This document shows positions 12,400 through 24,056 of a stretch of DNA of 35,455 nt, piece after piece; the stretch's first letter is position 1; every line of letters begins with the position of its first letter. The stretch covers positions 89,093-124,547 of the forward strand of contig WELA01002336.1 in NCBI GenBank assembly GCA_009602735.1, given 5' to 3'. Below the pieces are notes generated by a model that did not search any database, was not told where the DNA came from, and saw only the letters and a program-made list of their open reading frames with translations. Made by a program: the position numbers and the translations under genes. Origin of the DNA: Mesotaenium endlicherianum. Its lineage: Eukaryota.

Positions 12400-13752
12400 A
12401 CCTATATCTGACTGGGTTTTCGTGCCTGGAGATGGGCTCTGTCCTATGGCAGTTCCCAGCCAAGTGATATCCTCTTCTTCAGGAAGCTGCTGCAGGGCCA
12501 ACCCCGTCTTCTCCCTTACAGGGGATGTGGCAGGTGTCAGGATCACGGCGGGGCTAGTGTCCTCCTCCTCGCCTTCCTCCTCGTCTTCCTCTGACTCGTC
12601 CTCCTCTCCGTCCCCGGGTTCCTCTGAGACTTCTGGGGTCTCTTCTGTCAACTGCTCCAGCTCTTCCCGAGAAAAAGAATATCCCACTGACCTTCCCCTT
12701 TTGGGTGCTGGTGGGGGCTGCTGAGTCCGGACCGCATACAGGTCCTTTTCCCCCTGCTTGCTTGCCCATTTGGCATACGCGTGCTTCCCTTTAGAGAATG
12801 ACTCTCGCGCCCTGCTCCTGTCCCCCTGCATTTCTTGGCTCATGCAATCTCTGACTCCATCCAATCTTGGGTCCCAAGCCGCAATGTGAGGGGGCAATAC
12901 TATATTCCCGTTTAGGTCTGTCAGGAAATCCTCATCCGTCGCCTTGTCGTTCTGCTGGTCTCTCATGTTGATGGTCATCCATCGCCAATCGGTGGGCTTT
13001 TGGAAGAAGGCAGGGTCTGTCCTTTTAAGAGTACAAGGGTACCAGTGCCCTGCAAAGTCTAGCCGACTGGTCTCCCTGGCCAAGAATTCCCAGCTCCTTC
13101 TCTCCACCTCATTATACATGGCCTTGAACCTGTTGTGGGGTGTAGAGTCCTTAAAGCTGTCCGCGTCCATGGGGATCATCCTGATAACCCTATCTTCCCC
13201 CACGATACCAGGAATCGATACAGCCCCTGCTTCGTTCACCTGGGCCATTGCCTGGGCCTCTCTGACCGTATATCCTACCATCCTGGCATAGTCGTGGTAG
13301 AGGAGGAGCCCCGTGCTGACCTCTATATACTTGTCAAAGTTTTCGGATTTCTCCCCTTCCCTCTGGAGGATGTCCTTCTGTGACTCACTGCAACTTCTCT
13401 GAGCATACTTGAAGGCCTCCTCCAGTAAATTGACGCCCTTGCCCAGTATTGTGTAGCGGTAGCTGCTGATTCTCCTCTGCTCTTCTTCTGCCTGCTGCTT
13501 CCGCTTCTCCTCAGCTTGCCTCTCCTCCTCTGCTTTCTTGGCCTCCTCCGCAGCTTTTCTGTCCAGTTCATCCTGCCTCAGTCTGGCCTGTTCCTCCTCC
13601 TCCTTCTTCTTCTATGCCTCCCGCTGTTGTTGGAGTCGTTGTGATTCCCGAGCGGAGATGGAGGATGATTCGATGTCTCCACGAAATTGCAAGTATTCTG
13701 CATGTGCCTCTTCCGCCCTTCTCTTCCTCTTGAATTCCGACTTTTGAGTCAT
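12400..13752 (-). pseudogene. ORF3 of copy A (extra ORF, unknown function); premature TAG at 13612-13614, C-terminus missing
   Basis: ATG 13752 (MTQKSEFKRKRRAEEA...) is in frame with ORF 12316..13281 and shares YRYT, YNEVERRSWE.LARE, PTDWRWMT, LPPHIA.WDPRL and FSKGKHA with ORF3 of copy C. Confidence 0.88.
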
Positions 13753-14100
13753 CCTGCTCAATCATAAACACAATGCAATTAGTGAAGTCATGATATTTTG
13801 CCGCTACTGAGTGCCCTTGATAAAAAGGAACGCGATCGGGAGAGTTCCGAGTGTGAAATACCTGGTGTGAGTGAATATAAGGGAAAATTGAGTTAGAGAG
13901 AAAGTAAGTGTGAGCGCAGGTTGAGTGTGTAATATGGTTATCAAAGATGTTCCGGCTGATCTCGAAACAGAATACCACTCCCTCCAGCTTAATTTTAAAA
14001 GTGGGCTGCTTGTCATAACTGTCACTAACTGTCACATCCCCCTCCAACTTATATGGAGACAGGACCTCCTGTCACCTTCCCATGTCTACTAAAGGGACAG

Positions 14101-17100
14101 TTAGGGCGGTGCCCCAGCCGCCCGAAGGTGGAACCGTTTCAACGCCCCTTTGGCATTGGTCAGCTCGTCTTTAAACTCCCAAGTGTCCCCAGAGGCATCG
14201 TATCGCTTCCATTGGATGAGGTACTTCATGACATATTTAGACGATCGACGGACCGAGCGAGCGTCTAAAATCTCATTGACCTCATATACCTCAGGGTCGC
14301 CGTCCCGGACAGCGGGGATCGGTCCCGGTTGGACAGGTAACCGTGAATAGTGTATCACCTTTGATGTATGGTTCCAGGAAGGAGACATTATAGACCGGGT
14401 GACCCTTGTAGTCCGCTGACATGTTCAGTTTGTAAGCATTTTGACCGACACGACGCACTACCAAATATGGATCGACCCAGACAGGGCCAAGCTTTTTCTT
14501 GACCACACCAGGGAGGTACAGGTGCTGAGAATGCAGTTTGACTAAATCGCCCGTAGAAAATGTCAGCTCCTGACGGTGTTGATTAGCGTATTTTTGTGGG
14601 TTTTCTTGGGCTTTGTGCAGGTTTTATTGGACTTCTGACAGGGTGTCAGCAAACTCCTGAGTTAACTGGAGGGAGACCGAATTGTCAATCCCTCCCGGGT
14701 CACTTCAAGACTCCCCCAGTACATCTAAAGGAGACTTAGGGACTCTACCCAGGCTGAGTTCAAACGGAGTCTTGCCCGTTGACGCGTGCACCGCACTGTT
14801 GACCGCAAACTGAATTTGAGGCAACAGGTCATCCCAATTATCTTGTTTTTGGTTAATATATGCTCTCAGCACCTCCTGCAGAACTCGGTTAGTTCTTTCA
14901 ATCTGCCCATCAGTCTCAGGGTGGTTTGCTGTGCTGAGCAGCTGTTTGACTCCCATTAACCCCGTTAAAGCTCTCCAGAACTTAGAGGTAAATTTTGAGT
15001 CTCGGTCTGAGATGAGGGTAGCCCATTCGAGGGTAGCCCATGTTGGCATACTACATGGTTGTAGAATTGTCTCGCTGTTTCGAGTGCAGTTACTTTGACA
15101 GTTGTGGGGATGAAAATGACCATTTTTGTCAATTTATCCACGACTACCAGTATCAAATCATGCCCATTAGCAGTTCGTGGCAGTGTGACCACCCAATCCA
15201 TGAATATAGTTTCCCAGCGTCCCGCTGGGATGGGCAGCGGTTGCAAGAGACCTCCTGGTGGTGTGTGCCTAGACTTATTTCTTTGACACTGATCACGAGA
15301 CTTCACATATTTCAAGACCTCTCGGGGCAACCCCTCCCAAAAATAATGTTTTGCCAGTTTGCCAACAGTTTTGGCCTGCCCCAAATGCCCACCCAGTAAA
15401 CTGTCATGTGCTTGACTCAATAAAAGGGACCTTATTTCCAAGTTATTAGGAATGACCAGCTTCAGCCTGCCTGAAGTGGTTTCAGTCACCCAGTCCCCTC
15501 CCTTAAGTTTATACCCGAGTGCAGTAGCACGACACACACCAGTAGTGGGGCTGGGCTCAAATGTTGGGTCAGAAAGGTAAGCTTTCCTAAGTTGTTCAAG
15601 GAAGGACTTTTTCACCTTCAGTGAAGTGAGTGCACACAGGACTTTATCTACAGCATGTTGACTAAAGTTCCTTTCTTGCAAGTCAGGTCTTCTAGAGAGT
15701 GCATCAGCACGATTCAACTTCCCTGGTTTGTAGTCGATCTGGACTTGGAACTGCTCCAGCATCTGGCTCCAGCGATTCTCCCTCCTCGACAGCTTGAACT
15801 TCTTCTAAAAGTAGGTCAGAGCTAGATGATCTGTAATCACCTTAAAGGCTTTACCATGTAAGTATGCTCTCCACTGTTTGAGCACATGAATGATAGCTAG
15901 CAGCTCTTTATCATGCATTGAGTAGTTAATCCTCGCTGGATTAATTTTCATAGACTCGTACAACACAGGGTGCCACTCCTGCCTTACCTTACCATCCTTT
16001 GTGGTTTTGTCCGCAGGCTGCAACAAAATAGCACCCATGGCAAAGTCAGAGGCATCAGTGACTACCTGCATTGGTTTGCTGGGGTCATACACGGCTAGCA
16101 CTGGGGCAGAACAAATGGCCTCTTTAAGGGTCTGGAAGGCAGCCTGCTGCTCCTTCCCCCACACATACCCTATGTCTTTCTTAGTAAGGTCATTCAGTAT
16201 ACTGGCCTTCGTGGAATAATTCTCAATAAATCTCCTATAGTAATTAGCCAACCCGAGGAAGGATCTAACTTCAGAGACAGACTGTGGTACTGGCCAGTCC
16301 CTTATGGTCTGGACTTTCTTAGGGTCCACACTGATGCCCTCTTTACTGACAACGTGGCCTAAGAATTCAATACTTTCCTTAAAGAAATCACACTTGCTCA
16401 TTTTAGCATATAACTGATTTCTTCTCAGAATGTCCATGACTGTCTTTAAGTGTTCAGCGTGCTGAGTCTCATCTTTAGAGAAAATTAAATTATTTCCAGG
16501 AAAACTTGCACAAATTTATCCAAATAAGGCTTGAAAATGTCATTTATAGCACCCATGAAGGTTGCGGGAGCATTAGTCAGTCCAAACGGCATCACGTTGA
16601 ACTCATAGTGTCCATAACGTGTGCGGAAGGCAGTCTTGTTTTCATCCCCTTCAGCAATTCTGATTTGATGATAACCACTCTTGAGATCTATCTTACTGAA
16701 CACCTTAGCACCAGACAGGGTATCAAGCAAGTCCTNNNNNNNNNNNNNNNNNNNNNNNNNNNNNNNNNNNNNNNNNNNNNNNNNNNNNNNNNNNNNNNNN
16801 NNNNNNNNNNNNNNNNNNNNNNNNNNNNNNNNNNNNNNNNNNNNNNNNNNNNNNNNNNNNNNNNNNNNNNNNNNNNNNNNNNNNNNNNNNNNNNNNNNNN
16901 NNNNNNNNNNNAATATGACCATTTTCCTCAAGCTCTGCAAATCTGTGTTTTCAACTCCTCGCTCTCCACATAAGACAAGCCATAAGTGCGTTGCCAAGGT
17001 GGCTGACTACCCGGTAATAAATCAATTCGATTATCTACTTCCCTCTTAGGGGGTAGTCCTGGAGGCATATTAAATACATCCGTGTACTGAGCAACGATTT

Positions 17101-17956
17101 TTGCAGCAGTAGGGTGCACCGGAGGGCTTACCTTTTTCTCCACCACTTCTTCAGGTTGAGGAGGTACCTCTCTTAGCAGCAGACATAACATTCTGTCTTT
17201 CTTCTGGTTCCAGCTTTTGACGAACTCCATTGCATTCAGCAACTTGCATCCTTCTGGAAGCCTCTTCTTTTCCTTCATTTGCCATCCACACAGGACAACA
17301 GGAAGAGCACTGGTGGGTGCCAAATTAGTCTGCCCATCACTGGCTCCTCTCACTTTAAGTGTACCTCTGCTCCAACACACTTCAGCTTGATGTCTATTAA
17401 GCCAGGACCTGCCTAGCACGAGATCATAAAAGCCAGTGTTGAGTACCTCAAATGTAAGCGTTTCAGTTAGAACTGCAATGCCAGAACCTAACTGGACCTC
17501 AATAGGCTTGGTTATAACTCCTCCCGGGATACTTGAGGCATCTCCAAGGAATATTTTTCTATTCCCTTGGGTGACAGTAGGCAGCCTTAGCCGCTTAACT
17601 AAGTCCTTGTGGATAAAAGTATGTGACGCCCCTCCGTCAACAAATGCCCTCACCTTCCTACCTGCAATCATGCAATGCAGTAGAAGAGGGGGGACTGTCT
17701 TTTCCTGACTTTCGCATTGTTCTCCTGACGTAGCAAAGAAATGTTGGACATCAGGTGGAACAAGAGCATCCAGAGTGTGCACTCTCTGGACGTCTATATT
17801 GCTGATGGTCTCCTTTATCTGTTTGTCAGGCATGCATAGTGAATCCAGTTCAGCAGGACCCATAATACCTGCTACGAGGGCAGCTAGTGACGACTCACTA
17901 TCTCTAGCATCCTCACAGTCAGTAGACTGGATTACTGACTGTTGCTGTCTTTTAAA
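14101..17956 (-). pseudogene. pol: pol of copy A (PR-RT-RNaseH-IN-chromodomain), disrupted
   Basis: The RT FLDD motif is destroyed by a frameshift at ~16490; TAG at 15805; duplication of GAGGGTAGCCCAT at ~15014-15041; further integrase lesions; N gap 16736-16911. Confidence 0.95.
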
Positions 17957-19408
17957 GGCTGGTCTTTTCTCTCGACCTTCGGAAGGTGCTTGTTTGGACA
18001 CTGCTCTCTGAAGTGACCTGGCTGCTGGAAATGGAAGCAAATCGATTTTGCTGAGGCTTGCTCGGCTTAGTCCTACCACCACCTCTTCCATAGCCGCCTC
18101 AAGGGAAACCACCTCTACTCTAGACTGTATGGCATTATACTCATACTCATATCCATCACCCTGATTATCCTCAGCCTGGTCTCCTTCAATTGCATTGTAG
18201 GAACCGTGGGGCTTTTTGACAATCTTAGACACCAAAGCATTACTTTGGCGCTTGTGATTGAATTGCTGCTGATCCCAGGCATCAGCATCCTGGATCATGT
18301 CAGCCAGTTTCTCATACTTCTTTTCAGCAAAATGACCAGAGAATTCGATTTTCAAGCCATAACTGAAGTATGCTACCATATACCGTTTTGGCAAGTCTGG
18401 CTGCTTCATCATGTTCTCCTGGAACTTTTGAGCAAACTCAGCAACTGAAGTGGTCTGCTTCAGTGTCAGGGTGATCATCGCATAGATAGCTTTCTCCTGC
18501 TGATTGATGACATCAAACTTCTCATGCAACTTCTCGACAAACTCTACCCACGTAGGGTCACCGAGTTGCCGAGCCTTACGCTCTCCTTTCCAGTAAAGCC
18601 ACCAGTCTGCGGCACTGCCTTTCAGTAGCGCACCGGTGTGCCTGACCTTCTCGTAATCTTGCAGTTCTGGGTAGTTCTCCAGCCACTGCTCAACATCCGC
18701 GAGAAACTTGATCAGGTAATATTTTCTGTTTCCCTCAGGATCATATTCCTGGGGAGGTTTCGGCTTGGGCTTACTAGGCCCTCGGCCACCACCACTAGTG
18801 GTTTGAGACCCCAGTTGGTCTCTGTCCCGCAATAGAGACATTATGATTCTTTTGTCCTCCTGTTGGGACTGATACATGGTCGCCATTTGCGACTGCATTT
18901 GAACGAACAATGCTCCCAAGTCTACACTCTGGGGTGGTAGTCTAGCAAATGCAGCAGCAGCATTGGCATCTACTCGCTGAGTAGTGTCCTCAACAGTCCC
19001 TCTCGCTCCTGCAGCAGCAATTACTGCCGCATTCAGCCGGTCACGTATTTGACCTAGGGGTACATGGAGTTGTACAGCAGGAGGTGGGTTCAGAACATTG
19101 GCCCTTGATGCCATAAGTTCTTCAACTATACGCTCGTCAGCTGGCTGTCCTTCCCTCCTTTCTGTATCTTCAGCGGCCTTTGCTAACTGATCAGCTTCTA
19201 ATCTGGCTCTCTCCTCCTCAGCTTGCTGTGCTGCGACTGCGGCAATAGCAGCTGCGTTATCTGCAGCCTCTCTAGCTGCAGTATCTGCCACTGCTTCAGA
19301 ATAGGTACGGGTTCCCGCTACATGGCTTTCCGCCTGGTTTTCAACATTCTCGTTATCCTGGTTCTCCATGTCTCGAGAGTTGCTAGTTTGAGACCTTGTC
19401 CTTACCAT
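17932..19408 (-). pseudogene. gag: gag of copy A, frameshifted before the zinc knuckle
   Basis: Near-identical to gag of copy C; two 1-nt deletions (~18117 and ~18058) take the frame off the RGG/CCHC region. Confidence 0.9.
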
Positions 19409-19429
19409 ACAAAGAAGACTGTGATAACA

Positions 19430-19441
19430 GCTCCGATACCA
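19430..19441 (-). promoter_or_regulatory. PBS (tRNA-iMet type) of copy A
   Basis: TGGTATCGGAGC, 1 nt from the LTR end. Confidence 0.85.
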
Positions 19442-19442
19442 C

Positions 19443-20147
19443 TAAAATGAATCAACTTACCAAATAGGCGATTAACAATTAATAAAGATCTCTATATATC
19501 AGCAAGTAATCTTTATGGATTTTCCGTTAACTGATTAAACGACAAAAGGACAACACACTAGCAGTGAACAACACTCGTAAATCAAATGCGAGTAAACTAG
19601 CATCAATAATGCACTCAGTAAACTCATACATAAGCAAGGTTAGAAGACAGTGCTTATCAATGGCTTCTCGCCTTGAGTTCAGATCTCTCTCAGTAAGCTG
19701 TACAAGAGAGTTGGCCTCGCTTCCAAATGCCGAACTCGAGAGCAATGCCTAGCATATGTACATAGAATGAGTTTACTGTTCAACGGCCAGTGCGATGGCA
19801 CCGCCTACCCGGGAGTTAACCACGTTGGTAGGACCTCGGTTAACCAAATCCACCGCCATCTCCCATCATCCCGAATAGCCATCCATCATGGGGATGTCAT
19901 CTGGCCATTCATCTAGCAGGTGGTACTTAGATGCATATCAAGACAGTTCGCTGCTACCGAGCACGGAAGTCAGCTGGCTGTCAAAGAATGTGTCAGCAAG
20001 CTGACTTAAGTTGACTTCAGCCTGCTGCTTTCGGCTGAGTCATTAAATTGATATTAAATATAAAGTTCAGCATACTGAATATTAACTAGAGTTTTGCAGG
20101 CTGAACTTATTTAACTGTTATATCAACCAATATACTGATTCATTATA
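19443..20147 (-). repeat. 5' LTR of copy A
   Basis: Aligns with the LTRs of copy C; both terminal dinucleotides have decayed (TA..TA instead of TG..CA). Confidence 0.92.
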
Positions 20148-21389
20148 CAAAGGACAGAGCCCATCTGCAGGCACGGAGACCCAGTCAGACAGGGCAGACA
20201 GGAGGGCTGCTAGAGAGATAGCCAGAGGCCTGCCAGCATCTCCCTCGCAGAAAGGGCATGTGCCCTTGGCTCATGTCATGCAACATCCTTCTGGGATGCC
20301 GGTATATGTATCTGTCACTTTGAGGGCTGCTTAGGAGAAGGCTGCCTCCCTTCAGTTTCAGACCGTGCAAGAGGAAACAACCCAGTTACTGCGTTCTCCG
20401 CGGGGCCCCTACGCGGATCCCCCAGGCTTCAGGAGACCCCAAGACAGGAGGAGGTTTGGCTCCCCTGACCACAGGGCCCAAGGGACATCTCCCTCCTAAT
20501 GGCAGTAGGCTGAGGGTCGAAGGGACAGCACACTAATACTAGTGATCCCCATTGTTAGGTATCAGTGTTGAAGCAAAAGGTGTTGGGAGTCAGATCAGCA
20601 CTTTCTGCTAGAGGAACCATGTATCCAGTGTTAGTGTTGTCGAGGCGACAACCTGTTAAGTTGGAGGGATTGTAATGATCCAATATATTGGTAGATATAA
20701 TTTTCATCTAAATATAATAGTTAAATAAGTTTAGCCTACTGAACTATAGTTAATATTGAGTTTGATGGATTTTATAAAATAATCAGTTTAATGACTCAGT
20801 CGGAAGCAGCAGGCTGAAGTCAACTTAGGTCAGCTTGCTGACACATTCTTTGACAGCAGGCTGACTTCCGTACTCGGTAGCAGCGAACTGCCTTGATATG
20901 CATCTATGTGCGATATGCTAGATGAATAGCCAGATGACATCCCTATGATGGATGCCTATTCGGGATGATGGGAGATCGCGGTGGATTTGGTTAACCGAGG
21001 TCCTACCAACGTGGTTAACTCCCGGGTAGGCGGTGCCATCGCACTGGTCGTTGAACAGTAAACTTATTCCATGTACATTTGCTAGGTATTGCTCTCGAGT
21101 TCGGCATTTGGAAACGAGGCCAACTCTCTTGTACTGCTTGCTGAGAGATATCTGGATCCAAGACGAGAAGCCATTGATATGCACTGTCTTCTAGCCTTGC
21201 TAATGTATGAGTTTGCTGATTGCATTATTGATGCTAGTTCACTTGCATTTGACTTGCGAGTATTGTCCGCTGCTAGTGTGTTGTCCTTATTTGTTATATT
21301 AATTAACAGAAAATACCATAAAGATTACTTGTTGATATAAAGATCTTAATTTATTGTTAATCGCCTATTTGGTAAGTCGATTCATTTCA
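20148..21389 (+). mobile_element. Fragment B: ORF3 C-terminus + PPT + 3' LTR of the same family, opposite orientation
   Basis: 20152-20499 reads GQSPSAGTETQSD...ARGLPASPSQKGHVPLAHVMQHPSGMPVYV...LRSPRGP (internal TAG at 20332), homologous to the end of copy C ORF3. PPT AAGTTGGAGGGAT at 20658-20670. Confidence 0.92.
20671..21389 (+). repeat. 3' LTR of fragment B (719 bp)
   Basis: TGTAATGA...TCATTTCA; reverse-complement homolog of the other three LTRs. Confidence 0.94.
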
Positions 21390-21458
21390 TCAACCAAGTT
21401 CTCAGAAGTAAGACAGAAGAGTCTTACTTCCACACAGGCTTTCGCCCAAGTTGAGGAT

Positions 21459-22178
21459 TGAAATGAATCGACTTACCAAATTGGCGATTAACAATTAATA
21501 AAGATCTTTATATCAGCAAGTAATCTTTATGGTACTTTCCGTTAACTGTTTAACGGCAAAAGGACAACGCACTAGCAGTGAATAATACTCGTCAGTCAAA
21601 TGAGAGTAAACGAGCATCAATAATGCAAATCAGTAAACTCATACATAAGCAAGGTTAGAAGACAGTGCGTATCAATGGCTTCTCGCCTTGGATTCAGATC
21701 TCTCTCAGTAAGCTATACAAGAGAGTTGGCCTCGTTTCCGAATGCCGAACTCGAGGGCAATGCCTAGCATATGTACATGAAATGAGTTTTCTGTTCAACG
21801 GTCAGTGCGATGGCACCGCCTACCCGGAAGTTAACCACGTTGGTAGGACCTCGGTTAACCAAATCCACCGCCATCTCCCATCATCCCGAATAGCCATCCA
21901 TCATAGGGATGTCATCTGGCTATTCATCTAGCATATCGCACATAGATGCATATCAAGGCAGTTCGCTGCTACCGAGTACGGAAGTCAGCTGGCTGTCAAA
22001 GAATGGGTCAGCAAGCTGACTTATATGGACTTCAGCCTGCTGCTTTCGGCTGAGTCATTAAACTGATAATTATGTAAAGTCCAGCAGACTGACTATTAAC
22101 TAAAGTTCAGCAGGCTGAACTTAATTAACTATTATATTTAAATGAATATTATATCCACTAATATACTGATTCATTACA
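21459..22178 (-). repeat. 3' LTR of copy C (720 bp)
   Basis: Direct repeat of 29803-30523 with about 20 differences counted by eye (~97%); terminal inverted repeat TG(T/A)AATGAATC. Confidence 0.97.
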
Positions 22179-22193
22179 ATCCCTCCAACTTAA
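22179..22193 (-). promoter_or_regulatory. Polypurine tract of copy C
   Basis: TTAAGTTGGAGGGAT abutting the 3' LTR; identical to the tract in fragment B. Confidence 0.88.
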
Positions 22194-22291
22194 CTTGTTG
22201 TCGCCTCGACAACATTAAACTGCAGAAATTTTAAATAAGGGAACTGAACCTGACCAGCCTCCCTTACTGACTGCCTCTTCAGCGTGTCACC

Positions 22292-23968
22292 TTAAGGGGT
22301 TGTTCCTGGGGCTTCAGGGTCAGGAGACGGAGATCTGGACCTAGATCTGGACAGCCCTCTAGGTCTGTCAGCTGGCCTTCTAAAGAACCCTGTTTGCTCT
22401 AAAGTTGGCCCTCGAGGAGAACGGAGGATGGTGGCCTGCTCTTCAACCACTTGGGTGTTGATTCCCACATAGACAGGCATTCCAGTAGGATGCTGAAATA
22501 CATTGGCTAGAGGTACATGCCCCTGAGCGGAGGGGGAGGCTGGCATACCTCTGGCCCACCCGCGTGTCCCTCTTCTGGCACCCCTGTCCTCTGGGGATTT
22601 CTGTCTGTGTCTGCTGCCCAGTACAGTCAGATCAGCTTCTTCCCCTGCTTGGGCAGGTGGGCTGGGGGAGCGAGCGCGGGGTCCAGTTGTCGCCATAACG
22701 GGGATCACATTCCAAACACCTGATCGTGGTTCTTTAGGAAGCGCCCCTGCCTGTCCCTGGGTATCCTGAGTACCTGCTGCTGATGCTTCTCCTCTGCCTT
22801 GTTCTTCTTCCTCATCCTCCTCATCCTCCTCCTCGGAGAGAGTAGGGGTCTCGTCCACTAAGTCGTCCTGCTCCCTAGTAGACATGGAGTAGTCTACCGA
22901 CCTCCCTTTCTTAGGGCGCGCTGGAGGTTGCTTGGCCTTCAGCCTACTGATATCTATCCGGCCTGCATTCTTTGCCCATTTGACAAAGGCATGCTTTCCC
23001 TTAGAGAAGTACTCTCTTCCCCTCCTCCTATGTTCCTTGGTCTCTGCATTCATATTGCTCAGGCATCCATTCAGCCTGGGGTCCCAAGGGGCAATGTGAG
23101 GTGGTAGGATGAGATAGCCGTCTAGGCCATAGTGGAAGTCATCCGGTTGGGCTCGGTCACACTCCTGCTTCTTATTTGTGACGGTCATCCACCTCCAGTC
23201 TGTTGGCTGCTGGTAGTACTGGGGTCCGTGCTCAGCCTTCCTCAGTTTACACGGGAACCAGTGGGGAGAGAACATCTGCTGTCCTGCTTCCCTGGCCAAG
23301 TACTCCCAGCTCCTTCTCTCAACTTCATTGTAAGCTGGCAGGAGTGTGAGGTAGAATACCGTATCCTTAAAGCTATCGGGCCGCATGCTCACCATCCGGA
23401 TGAGTCTCTGATCTCCCACTATTCCCGGTATGGGGACCGGCTTGTCCTCTGAATCATCTGCGAGATACCGGGCCTGCTCTGCTGTATAGCCCACCATCTT
23501 AGCATAATCTTCGTAAAGGACCATGCCGGTGTGTGTCTCGATGTACCTATCTAGTGCTGTAGCCCCTTCTTTTTGTAGCAGTGTTGTCTGTTCCAGCCTG
23601 TTGATCTCCTGGGCTGCCAGCAATGCTTCCTTCAGGTTATCGAAGTTTTGGCCACCCACCACAGTATACCTGTAAGTGGCCAAGCTCTTCTGTTTGTCCG
23701 CTTCAATCTTTTTCCTTTTCTCCTCTTCTGCCGCTGCCGCTTCTTCTTGCTGTTTCTTCTGTCTCTCCTCCTCAGCCTTCCTGAGGTTTTCCGCTTCCTG
23801 ATCCTTCTTCCTCTGTGCCTCTTCTGCCGCCTCTTGTTGTTTGCGGACCCTTTCTTGTTCTCTCCTGGTGAGGGACGTCGCCGCCAGCTCCTTCTGGTAT
23901 TGCTCCATTGTCCTCCTGGCTTCTTCTGCCTTGCGCTTTCTGTCCTCCTTTTGTGTGGTGGGCGCCAT
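22292..23968 (-). CDS. ORF3: extra sense-strand protein of unknown function (558 aa from ATG 23968)
   Basis: Intact ORF between pol and the PPT: charged coiled coil, Trp-rich core conserved with copy A, acidic tract, and RSRSRSPSP tail. No signal peptide or hydrophobic TM stretch is visible. Confidence 0.9.
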   Translation of the reverse strand: MAPTTQKEDRKRKAEEARRTMEQYQKELAATSLTRREQERVRKQQEAAEEAQRKKDQEAENLRKAEEERQKKQQEEAAAAEEEKRKKIEADKQKSLATYRYTVVGGQNFDNLKEALLAAQEINRLEQTTLLQKEGATALDRYIETHTGMVLYEDYAKMVGYTAEQARYLADDSEDKPVPIPGIVGDQRLIRMVSMRPDSFKDTVFYLTLLPAYNEVERRSWEYLAREAGQQMFSPHWFPCKLRKAEHGPQYYQQPTDWRWMTVTNKKQECDRAQPDDFHYGLDGYLILPPHIAPWDPRLNGCLSNMNAETKEHRRRGREYFSKGKHAFVKWAKNAGRIDISRLKAKQPPARPKKGRSVDYSMSTREQDDLVDETPTLSEEEDEEDEEEEQGRGEASAAGTQDTQGQAGALPKEPRSGVWNVIPVMATTGPRARSPSPPAQAGEEADLTVLGSRHRQKSPEDRGARRGTRGWARGMPASPSAQGHVPLANVFQHPTGMPVYVGINTQVVEEQATILRSPRGPTLEQTGFFRRPADRPRGLSRSRSRSPSPDPEAPGTTP

Positions 23969-24056
23969 CCTGCACATGTAACCAGGGCACAAGTTAGTAG
24001 GATATGGACCTTTGTCATAGGGATTGCAGGAAGTATGTTAGTATTTAGTATAGTGG

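Larger units (their letters stand above)
12400..20147 (-). mobile_element. Copy A: decayed Ty3/gypsy chromovirus, 5'LTR-gag-pol-ORF3, truncated inside ORF3 (no 3' LTR on this side)
   Basis: gag-pol is colinear with and very similar to copy C, with multiple stops and frameshifts. ORF3 homology stops at ~12395-12407. Confidence 0.93.

Noticed and set aside
16928..19408. 826-aa in-frame Gag-protease fusion in copy A
   Set aside because: Caused by two 1-nt deletions relative to copy C that skip the zinc knuckle; decay, not an expression strategy.
21665..21931. 88-aa ORF recurring in the LTRs (also 20918-21184 and 30009-30275)
   Set aside because: Recurs because the LTRs are repeats; non-ATG start, antisense to the element, and interrupted in LTR A.
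22292..23992. Calling ORF3 an env gene
   Set aside because: The position fits, but there is no signal peptide or transmembrane segment and the protein is highly charged.
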